This document shows, piece after piece, positions 8,370-15,728 of a DNA stretch of 32,000 nt; position 1 is the stretch's first letter, and every line of letters starts with the position of its first letter. The position numbers and the translations under genes were made by a program. Source of the stretch: Ectothiorhodospiraceae bacterium WFHF3C12 (lineage in GTDB: Bacteria; Pseudomonadota; Gammaproteobacteria; Nitrococcales; Nitrococcaceae). The stretch covers positions 2,474 to 34,473 of the forward strand of contig JACDUA010000050.1 of the NCBI GenBank assembly GCA_013519935.1. Reading direction: 5' to 3'. The notes under the pieces were generated by a model, which saw nothing but the letters and a program-made list of their open reading frames with translations, searched no databases and was not told the DNA's origin.

Positions 8370-9752
8370 GTGCTGACCATACGACTTCAAAATCCTAGGA
8401 ACCTGCTTCTAAACCCCGAGGACGTCAGTCTCTCCCTGTTCGATGGCTATGGCCGCGTGATCCTTGACCAGTGCACTGGTCAGTACGAAACCGTCGCTGA
8501 TGTAGCCACTGGGCTCTATACCGTGCGCGTGGAGGGCGCCGGCCGGATGATCGAGCGCAGTATGAGGGTAGAGGGCGACACTGTTATTGATGTCGAGATC
8601 CCCAAACAGTTCTCGCCCATTCCCGTGCGGGGCGCGTCCAGCACCCACGAGTATTACGAATACCCCGCTGCCAATCTCACGCAACAATTCGATGGGAACA
8701 CCACCGGACCCATCGGTGAAACGTCAGCCGCAGCGGCGGAACTGGTGGTGATAATCCGCGCGGCTAACGATCGCGTGGCACCGGACGGCGATCTTGGCGA
8801 CGGACTGCTGCTGACCGAGCTGGACGGTTCGCCGCTACGGCCAATCAACCTCGACCACTGTCACCGCGAGGACAATGGCTTCCAGGGTTTCCGCGCCAGG
8901 CTGGCGCCGGGGACCTATTTCCTCTATTACCCGGGCACACCCCCGCGCGCTCTGACTGTCCAAACGTTCGACGGCCGACAGACGCAGGTGTTCGTGACTT
9001 TCTGGGGGCGGCCTATCCTAGAGGAGGCGGGCATACTGCTGCCCGAAATCGGTGAGGGCTTCTACTCGGAAGACGAGGAAAACCGCGCCGCGGATTTCGC
9101 GATAAGAGGGCTGCTCAACAACCGGGACTGGCTCCCAAAGGAGGTCATGCGTAACCTGCTCGACGGTAAGTTCCGTAATCCCATGCTGGGGCTGCTTGGC
9201 GCCTTCGTGCTGCTCCAGCGGGAACTGCCCAATTGGAATTTGTTGGCTACCGTCGCTGGCAACCTGGAGAACCTAATTCCCGGATCCAACGATGTGCAGG
9301 TGCTGGTGCGGATCTTGGCCGAGGAGTGGGGCTTGGCCAATTCGTCCGCCCCGGCAGAGCTTCGGCCTGAGGCGCCGCCGATGCTACGCGCTGCCGCGGA
9401 GCATGCCATTCGCATCAGCTGGGGCGATGCCGACTACATCAGTGCCGATGGGATCCTCGGGCGCATGGCGCCCAGTCTTTACGCGGACTCGGCCTGGAAC
9501 AGCTGGCAGCCCCCCGCCGATTGGGCCCGGAAGGGCTTGAACTACAAGGCGCTATTCTCACCTGGGGCCGCAGCGTCGTGGGAGGCCGAGACCAGCACCC
9601 CCGGTGACTGGATAAATGAGACTGTCGCCGCCCAGGCACGCGTACTCCAGGCCCGCAATGAACGCGTGGACGCTGTTGCCATCGCCCGCCAGGTCGGGTT
9701 GCCGCTGTCTACTGTGGCGGCTTTAGTCGAGCAGAATTTCCTAGGGCGCTGA
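8370..9752 (+). CDS. hypothetical 460-aa protein: two N-terminal beta-sandwich-like units plus a helical C-terminal domain
   Basis: GTG start with GGGGAGG 7 nt upstream, 17 nt after the caspase stop. G.Y beta-sandwich signatures (ATGLYTVRVEG, LAPGTYFLYY). The remainder is unassigned. Confidence 0.8.
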   Translation: MLTIRLQNPRNLLLNPEDVSLSLFDGYGRVILDQCTGQYETVADVATGLYTVRVEGAGRMIERSMRVEGDTVIDVEIPKQFSPIPVRGASSTHEYYEYPAANLTQQFDGNTTGPIGETSAAAAELVVIIRAANDRVAPDGDLGDGLLLTELDGSPLRPINLDHCHREDNGFQGFRARLAPGTYFLYYPGTPPRALTVQTFDGRQTQVFVTFWGRPILEEAGILLPEIGEGFYSEDEENRAADFAIRGLLNNRDWLPKEVMRNLLDGKFRNPMLGLLGAFVLLQRELPNWNLLATVAGNLENLIPGSNDVQVLVRILAEEWGLANSSAPAELRPEAPPMLRAAAEHAIRISWGDADYISADGILGRMAPSLYADSAWNSWQPPADWARKGLNYKALFSPGAAASWEAETSTPGDWINETVAAQARVLQARNERVDAVAIARQVGLPLSTVAALVEQNFLGR

Positions 9753-9775
9753 CGCGCGATCATTTGTCTGTCAGT

Positions 9776-10050
9776 GTTGGCGTATGCGCTTGTGAGGGCG
9801 ACGCCATCGAGGCCACGAATGGCCTCCACAAGACTGAGATGATTCGTCACCGTACCCTTGGCCGAGCTTGGAGGCCGTGGCATCCGCCCCTCTAGATTGG
9901 GAGGAATGGTGCGATAACCGGCTCGAAGTGAATTCCATCGGCAACCGACCGCCTGCGGAAGTCGAAGCTGAATGCCAAGAGCAACTTGCCGAGTCGGCCC
10001 AGTCCACCCTACGCAAAACAAGGGGTATCCGGAAGAGTCGGGGCGGCTCA
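9776..10050 (+). mobile_element. IS3-family OrfB C-terminal remnant plus right inverted repeat
   Basis: GDAIEATNGLHKTEMIRHR..., a frameshift, then DWEEWCDNRLEVNSIGNRPPAEVEAEC. Compare DNA.AE..NGLYK.ELI and W..W.N.RRL...IG..PPAE.E. The terminus GGTATCCGGAAGAGTCGGGGCGGCTCA (10024-10050) matches the ends at 18374 and 22843 at 22/27 positions. Confidence 0.65.
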
Positions 10051-10401
10051 CCGGCTTCAGAATTTGAGGCTCCGCATGAGCGCGGGATCCAATGCCGCGC
10101 CCATGCTACCCAACGAGTTGTCAGCCTAGCCCACCATTGCCCCGAAAGTGTGGCCTAAACATGGAGATAGTTTCGGGCCTTAGTGGTAAGTGGGGCCACG
10201 CCGCAGACGACACGTCGGTTGGAAGACTACACTACGGTGGGTGCCCACGAGTTCCGTCCTTGTCGGACATTGTGCTGCTCGCGGTCATTCTGCTTGCCCC
10301 GTTATCGCTGGCCACTAAGAGACGAAGTGGACACACCTGGATCCGAGATTACCCCAAAGCACTCAAATGGCATCGCTCTCGCCACGTAAAAGAGGGACGA
10401 T

Positions 10402-11232
10402 ATGCAACCAGTTGAAGCTCTTGTATGGATCTTTGTGGCCGTTTTTCTACTGACTGCTTTACTGACTCTGGGCGGCATAGTCGAGAACATGCGGTTTGTC
10501 AACATTCCAGAGCGTTACCTAAAAGGATTATACGCTGCCTTGCTTATGCAGATTGCTACCGCAGGGGTTGCTATCGCCGTGGATACACTCGAGGAGGATT
10601 CTCCACCTCCGCCGGACCCCATCCCCGAAAGCCTAACGTTTACTTCGCTACTTTACGAACTTAATGTGACCTTGGACAAACTCGAAAAGGACGACGGCTC
10701 CCTTTTGCGTTACTACGTAAGATCTGGAGATGGGGAGCGGCTATTTGATGGTCTTTACTCCAACGCGCTATTCGCTGCCGGCGCAAGCCTTACGGGAACT
10801 ACGAGCCCACTAACCTACGGGAACCTGTATGAGTGGGACTCGAAATCTGGAAAGTTGCGCACAAAGTACTTTTATGGCCCATATAATGATGAAGTGATTT
10901 TGCGATCGTGGCCGGTAACAGGGCCTCATCAGGGAGTCGCTAGCAAGGCATTTACAAGCGGCGAAATTAGAATAGTAAACTCGACGGCATCAGTGCTAAA
11001 ACTAGAGGGAGAGATTCGTTTGAAGGCGTTCGTGTCTGTGCCAATCCCAGGTACTGGACCAGATGTTGATGACTCGCAAGGAATAGTATTACTTCATGTT
11101 GATTCGGCCAAGGAACACGTGTTTCCTGTGTCGGGCGAATGGGAGGGCAGTACTATGCGTATTCGAATAAAGCGCTTAGCTGAAACTATTGCAAGAATTA
11201 ATGCGTTGCGATCGGAGTATCTGATGAAATAG
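10402..11232 (+). CDS. two-TM membrane protein with C-terminal GAF-like domain
   Basis: AGAGGGA SD. TM helices VEALVWIFVAVFLLTALLTLGGIV and LYAALLMQIATAGVAIAV, then a Pro-rich linker. GVASKAFTSGEIRIVN ... VSVPIPG...SQGIVLLHVDS resembles GAF core strands. AT-richer codon usage. Confidence 0.6.
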   Translation: MQPVEALVWIFVAVFLLTALLTLGGIVENMRFVNIPERYLKGLYAALLMQIATAGVAIAVDTLEEDSPPPPDPIPESLTFTSLLYELNVTLDKLEKDDGSLLRYYVRSGDGERLFDGLYSNALFAAGASLTGTTSPLTYGNLYEWDSKSGKLRTKYFYGPYNDEVILRSWPVTGPHQGVASKAFTSGEIRIVNSTASVLKLEGEIRLKAFVSVPIPGTGPDVDDSQGIVLLHVDSAKEHVFPVSGEWEGSTMRIRIKRLAETIARINALRSEYLMK

Positions 11233-11235
11233 AGC

Positions 11236-11937
11236 ATGTTAACGCAAAACGGTGGCGCGGCAATGGTGGTAGAGACTGATTTAGCCAACACTGTGAACAG
11301 GTTATGGTGCGACTTCAAGAACAAAGACAGTGCATCTATTCATCGAAAGATGTCGCCAATATTAGCTCATGCGCTTGATCAAGCGCGTGAAGAGTCTTTA
11401 GAGTTAGCCTATTCATTCAGGCACAACCTAGGCTTTTCGAAGTACGTGTTAGCTGAATGTGGTGTAGAAAATTGTCAATTGAGGCTCCATGTGTGGGAAG
11501 CTGACGTGGTAGATATGCCTCATAGTCACCCGTGGGACTTTCAGTCATTGGTATTAAGTGGCCGTCTTTGGAATTCGACTTATCGGGCGGCTGGGTCTGG
11601 GGTGATGGTCGATGAAATAGTAGCTCGTTCTGACTTCCGTCGACCTGGTTTCCGATACAATAGGTGCGGAAAAAGATTCATTGAGATGACATCATCTGAA
11701 GAGCTTGCAGCGTTCGATTTCTACGGCTTGCCCTATTATTGCGTTCACGCGTCTTCAACATCGTTCTGTGGAGCAGCGACTTTATTCCTTCGTGGGCCTG
11801 CAAAAAGAAAGAAAAGTTATATTTATAAGTTCCAAGAAGAAGAAAAGAAAAGGCCTTATCTGGAAAAAATTAGAAAGGATGAGTACGAAGAATCTGTAAG
11901 CTGGCTGGCGTCACTTTTTTATGAAGCTAGCGAATAG
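11236..11937 (+). CDS. cupin-like metal-binding protein
   Basis: Starts 4 nt after the upstream stop. MPHSHPWDFQSLVLSGRL is an H.H...(x)G cupin motif-1-like stretch. Lys/Glu-rich tail. Alternative start at 11263. Confidence 0.55.
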   Translation: MLTQNGGAAMVVETDLANTVNRLWCDFKNKDSASIHRKMSPILAHALDQAREESLELAYSFRHNLGFSKYVLAECGVENCQLRLHVWEADVVDMPHSHPWDFQSLVLSGRLWNSTYRAAGSGVMVDEIVARSDFRRPGFRYNRCGKRFIEMTSSEELAAFDFYGLPYYCVHASSTSFCGAATLFLRGPAKRKKSYIYKFQEEEKKRPYLEKIRKDEYEESVSWLASLFYEASE

Positions 11938-12513
11938 GACATCATTATTAAGCGACTCCGCTTCTTGAGCCACATATCCATGCAGATGGAACAGGCGGCG
12001 CCATTGCATAGCCGACATCCGTTGCACGTGTGTTACGTCCAACTCGTGAGCCGGATTGTTGTACCTTCCATTCAACCCTAGAGGTACAACAATGAGTATT
12101 TTTTTTATCTTGTGGCTGGCAGCGGTGTTCAAAAATGAGAATAATTGATATCGATTAAGGTGTTCTAAGGTATGAAAAGACAAGATTGTGTCTATCTGAT
12201 TCCCTATTAGTAATGGTGAAATAGTGTTGGTGTAGTGATAGCAATAATGAGGCTCTATGGCGTTTCGGATAGCATAAGGCGAAATATCTGTCCCATAGGC
12301 CTCAATGCCGAAACTGCGCAGGCCGTGGACCATAAAACCCTTAGCGCAGCCAAAATCCAACACTCGGCTTGATGTCGAAAGCCCTAAGGATAATGCAGTT
12401 CGAGTCCATATTTTATTCTTGTGACTATCAAAATCATAGGACAAATAGTTCGAATATTTCGCGTCGCCGCTGTCGAAATATTCAATGCCGTATGCGCAAG
12501 GTGGTCGAATCAC
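11911..12513 (-). CDS. class I SAM-dependent methyltransferase
   Basis: Motif I RVLDFGCAKGFMV, then an acidic loop YGTDIS. The post-I/II spacing is typical. GTG start. The 3' end is convergent with the cupin gene and overlaps it by 27 nt. Confidence 0.8.
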   Translation of the reverse strand: MIRPPCAYGIEYFDSGDAKYSNYLSYDFDSHKNKIWTRTALSLGLSTSSRVLDFGCAKGFMVHGLRSFGIEAYGTDISPYAIRNAIEPHYCYHYTNTISPLLIGNQIDTILSFHTLEHLNRYQLFSFLNTAASHKIKKILIVVPLGLNGRYNNPAHELDVTHVQRMSAMQWRRLFHLHGYVAQEAESLNNDVLFASFIKK

Positions 12514-12723
12514 GAGTTGCGGAGAGTCGCTTGAGTTCGACTGTTTGTGACCATGCTGAGGCTTACGGAGAATGTCTCACGCTTTGGTGGGCGCTGCAAG
12601 CGTAATTGCGTACCGATCACTGATAGCTATTCAACAGGAGATGGATACAAGTTGAGCAAGTACCCGACGTTCTCCCCTTATCAGCAGCACTCAGCTTCGC
12701 AGTCTGGAGTTCTCCCGGTATCG

Positions 12724-12940
12724 TGAGGACCCCATCGCCTTATTGTGTGGCCTGCCTGGGGCCTCGGGAATGACGTCGCCGTCCCCGGTGGTAGAAGACC
12801 TCGATCTAGCCGAAGACATAGGCTCCGGGCGACGTCCCGCGTATTGTAGGTGCGCTTTTCACCGGCTCCATTTCCAACATGGAGAGGAATGACTCCGCAA
12901 GTACGGTTTCCTGAAATGGTTCACGATCCACGCAGATCGC
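12724..12940 (-). pseudogene. IS3-family OrfB C-terminal remnant with in-frame stop
   Basis: The minus strand reads ETVLAESFLSMLEMEPVKSAPTIRGTSPGAYVFG*IEVFYHRGRRRHSRGPRQ. Compare DNA.AESFF..LK.E....TR.EA...VF.YIEVFYNR.RRHS.LG. The terminal 23 nt match 1461-1483 with one mismatch. Confidence 0.6.
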
Positions 12941-12955
12941 GCCCGCCAAAGAGAA

Positions 12956-13939
12956 TCATTCCTGCCAGTGCGCGGCGATCACATCGTCGAGCGACTTCAG
13001 TTTACGTTCGGCTGCTATGGCGTTGACCTGATCGCGAAGCTGCTCGTTGTAGCTATAGATGGACAGCGCCTCAGCTGCGCGTACGGCCCTGAACGCCGGC
13101 GCGTTCGCTATGGTCTCAAGCAGATACTGAGTGGCGCGCTCCCTGCGCTGGAGGGCGAGCGCCTGGAACAGCAGCCTGGTCCGCGGATCGAGGGGCGAGA
13201 GGCTGTCGCATACCTCTATGAGTGGTTGCAGTGCAGCCTCAAGCCGGCTTTCACCAAGCGCCAGTGCGGCCGCTTCCTGGCGCGCCCGATCGCCACCCGA
13301 GAGCCACTCCAACGTGAAAGGCAGTGCGTCTTCTCCCGCGGCTTTGAGGAGCGAAGAAAAGCACTGCGCGATGACTTCGGGCTCCTCGTCGCCCTGAAAG
13401 ATTTTCTGCCTGATGACGATCTGGGCATGGACGGGGTTCACGAGCTCGAGCGCCTTCAGTGACCCAACGCGTGCCTGCCACTCGGCATCATTGAGTAGGG
13501 GCAGCAGCTCCAAAACTGCATTCGGGTCACCGCTCGCAACGAGCCCGAGGGCGCAGATGCAGCGTAGCTCCACCGCGGAGTCGAGCGAGCTACCGAAAGC
13601 GGGCTCCGGCTGCCTGTAGTCAAGAAAGCGTCGATAGAAGGCAGCGTCATCGAAATCCAGTTCATACAGGGCGCGGGCGATGGCGCGCTTGGCGGCGCAC
13701 GTCTTGTCCGCCTCCTGCGCGTCGTCCCCGGTAAACCGCTCGAATGCGGCGCGCAGTTCCGGGATCAGCTCGTACGCCAGTTTCTCGCCAGCGAACTTGG
13801 CCGCTTTCGCCACCAGGAAGTTGCTTCGCTCCGTCAACGCGTCTCTTAGGCAGTCGAGCGCTTGCGCCTCGGAGCCTAGCTCCACGCACTCGCGCAACCG
13901 CTCCAGCTTCTCCTCTGTTCGCAATCCCTTTCGTGGCAT
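12956..13939 (-). CDS. HEAT/armadillo-type repeat protein
   Basis: 327 aa, all-helical and Leu/Ala-rich, with recurring ~30-aa units (..A..ALG..G...AL..L...L.D....VR..A..AL). There is no enzymatic motif. Confidence 0.65.
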   Translation of the reverse strand: MPRKGLRTEEKLERLRECVELGSEAQALDCLRDALTERSNFLVAKAAKFAGEKLAYELIPELRAAFERFTGDDAQEADKTCAAKRAIARALYELDFDDAAFYRRFLDYRQPEPAFGSSLDSAVELRCICALGLVASGDPNAVLELLPLLNDAEWQARVGSLKALELVNPVHAQIVIRQKIFQGDEEPEVIAQCFSSLLKAAGEDALPFTLEWLSGGDRARQEAAALALGESRLEAALQPLIEVCDSLSPLDPRTRLLFQALALQRRERATQYLLETIANAPAFRAVRAAEALSIYSYNEQLRDQVNAIAAERKLKSLDDVIAAHWQE

Positions 13940-14091
13940 GGGGTCTCGAGCTCCATGTGACTGGTCGACCGGCCACCCCGACGACCGGAAGATCGTGGCT
14001 CAGCTGGCCGATGTACTTGAGCGCCCAGGTTGGGCGATGCGTATGCGTCTTGCTCTCCACTGCCCGCCCCGGTCCATACGCAGTCTGGCGT

Positions 14092-14472
14092 CTACGCCAG
14101 GACTCGGTAGCAGCGTCGCGCCTTGTCATAGATCAGGATCATCGGTTCATCCGTGTGCCAGTCCTCGCGGTGCGAGTAGACACGCACCGCGAGGACTTGC
14201 GGCGGCTCCGCCTGTGCCTCTGCCTCGCGAATCCAGTCCAGCCAGGTGTCGCGGATCTTCTGCGGCTCGTCCGCTACGCGCCTCGATCGGTGGAACCGGT
14301 CCCGAGGCGGAAAGACATCGGGCGCAACTTCTGTCGCCGCGGACTCCAAGCCTTCCGGCAGCGGCCTCAGGTCGCACTCGCTTACGGTGACCTCGGCTTG
14401 GTAGTCGGGCAGTCCGATGGCGCCCCGCATGTATTGGTCTGGCGTATCCCTCTCAGGACCTGGGGGTGTCAT
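14092..14472 (-). CDS. hypothetical 126-aa protein
   Basis: I prefer the internal ATG at 14472, which overlaps the upstream gene end by 20 nt. No motif recognised. The region carries strong antisense shadow ORFs, so the call is tentative. Confidence 0.45.
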   Translation of the reverse strand: MTPPGPERDTPDQYMRGAIGLPDYQAEVTVSECDLRPLPEGLESAATEVAPDVFPPRDRFHRSRRVADEPQKIRDTWLDWIREAEAQAEPPQVLAVRVYSHREDWHTDEPMILIYDKARRCYRVLA

Positions 14473-14902
14473 GGCGCCCCCTTCGTACCGCCCCGGTGCC
14501 CGCAATCGTCTCCTCCCCGACATCGGCCGTTGCACCGAGTAACCCGGCGAAGCCGTGATGAGCAGTTGGCGCATCCAGGTTCTTTGCGATCTCACCTGTC
14601 ACGTCACGCCAGTGTTGAATTCCGTATAGCCGCGACCAGCCGACCCATAGTTTCACGACCATCGGCTCGTGCCCTGGCGGACCTTCAAGCGTATACACCC
14701 GGCCCGAGGCTGTGACCGCGGTCCGAGCTTGCGGATCCAGGGACTGAACGGGGGTGCTTACGCGCCCCCGTGCCGTCTCTAGGGCGTACCCCACCAGATG
14801 CACGTCGCCGGACTTGGTCTGCATGGCTCGCCAGCGAATCAGCGCGACCTTGGGCAGGTCCTCTATGGACTGCCCGGGATGGATTCGGAAGATGAGTGGC
14901 AT
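14453..14902 (-). CDS. hypothetical 149-aa protein
   Basis: ATG with AGAGGA upstream, 12 nt after the phosphatase stop, same strand. No motif recognised. Confidence 0.55.
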   Translation of the reverse strand: MPLIFRIHPGQSIEDLPKVALIRWRAMQTKSGDVHLVGYALETARGRVSTPVQSLDPQARTAVTASGRVYTLEGPPGHEPMVVKLWVGWSRLYGIQHWRDVTGEIAKNLDAPTAHHGFAGLLGATADVGEETIAGTGAVRRGRHDTPRS

Positions 14903-14914
14903 CGGATGGTCCTC

Positions 14915-15709
14915 TTACAGCGGCTGGTCGGGATAGCGCGCATCGACGAGCGTCCAGTGCGCTGGCCAGGACAGGCGGGCCTCGAAGTCGGGCCTGGCGG
15001 CGGCCAGCCAGCCGCCGGTCTCGATAGTGACTCTATTGCCCAAGCGCCAGACGGTGCGGTCATACGTGATCGTGTGCCCATGTATGACGTGGGAAACGCC
15101 TCCCACCGACTGCGGATCTCCTGGGACCGGCGGCCCCACGTCCGCGACGGGCATTCCGCGGCTGCCGGCCTCCCGGTCCCAGAGAAGTGGGAGCATGTCG
15201 CAGAGCGAGAGCGAGGACGCACAGATGTGTGTCACCAATCCTGGCCAGTCGAGACCGGGCGGCACGCTCGCGTGAACGACGCCAACAAGTCCCTCCCGTG
15301 TTGGGATCTCGATGGCCAGTGGCAGCCGAGCCAGGGCGTCGAGTACAGCGTCCTGATGGAGATCCGATAGGGCCCGGAACCAATTGTGTTCGTGGCACAG
15401 ATGCTCGCCGAGGCAGACGCGGCTGTGGTTCTGGAGCCACTCCGGGAAACGACTTTCGCTCAGGATGAGCGAGGCGTCGTGGTTGCCGAGCACGCTGTGG
15501 AACCAGGGCTCGACAAGCCAATGTATAACGTTTCCGGACTCCGCGCCGCGGTCCACGAGGTCCCCCACGCAGATCAGTCTGTCGACAGCTGGGTCGAAGT
15601 CGACGCGCTCCAGTTCCTGCTCCAGGGAGCTGAAGGCGCCGTGGATATCGCCCACGACGATGTCGCGGCCGCTCTCGTTCAAAGGGAGACGCTTGAAGAC
15701 CTCTGCCAT
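14915..15709 (-). CDS. PPP-family (lambda/PrpA-like) Ser/Thr-Tyr protein phosphatase, metallophosphoesterase fold
   Basis: The full motif set is present: VVGDIHG (15638-15652), CVGDLVDRG, LGNHD and VIHGHT. Confidence 0.85.
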   Translation of the reverse strand: MAEVFKRLPLNESGRDIVVGDIHGAFSSLEQELERVDFDPAVDRLICVGDLVDRGAESGNVIHWLVEPWFHSVLGNHDASLILSESRFPEWLQNHSRVCLGEHLCHEHNWFRALSDLHQDAVLDALARLPLAIEIPTREGLVGVVHASVPPGLDWPGLVTHICASSLSLCDMLPLLWDREAGSRGMPVADVGPPVPGDPQSVGGVSHVIHGHTITYDRTVWRLGNRVTIETGGWLAAARPDFEARLSWPAHWTLVDARYPDQPL

Positions 15710-15728
15710 AGCTCAATCACTCAAAGTG

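Noticed and set aside
9542-10051. 169-aa minus-strand ORF across the end of the 460-aa gene and the IS remnant.
   Set aside because: It overlaps a well-supported plus-strand CDS. In the IS part, it is the plus strand that carries the recognisable OrfB C-terminus.
13744-14715. 323-aa plus-strand ORF, together with similar long ORFs at 13680-14390 and 13662-14129.
   Set aside because: They are Arg/Pro/Ser/Ala-rich, have no motifs, and lie antisense or out of frame to better ORFs. They are typical shadow ORFs of G+C-rich DNA.
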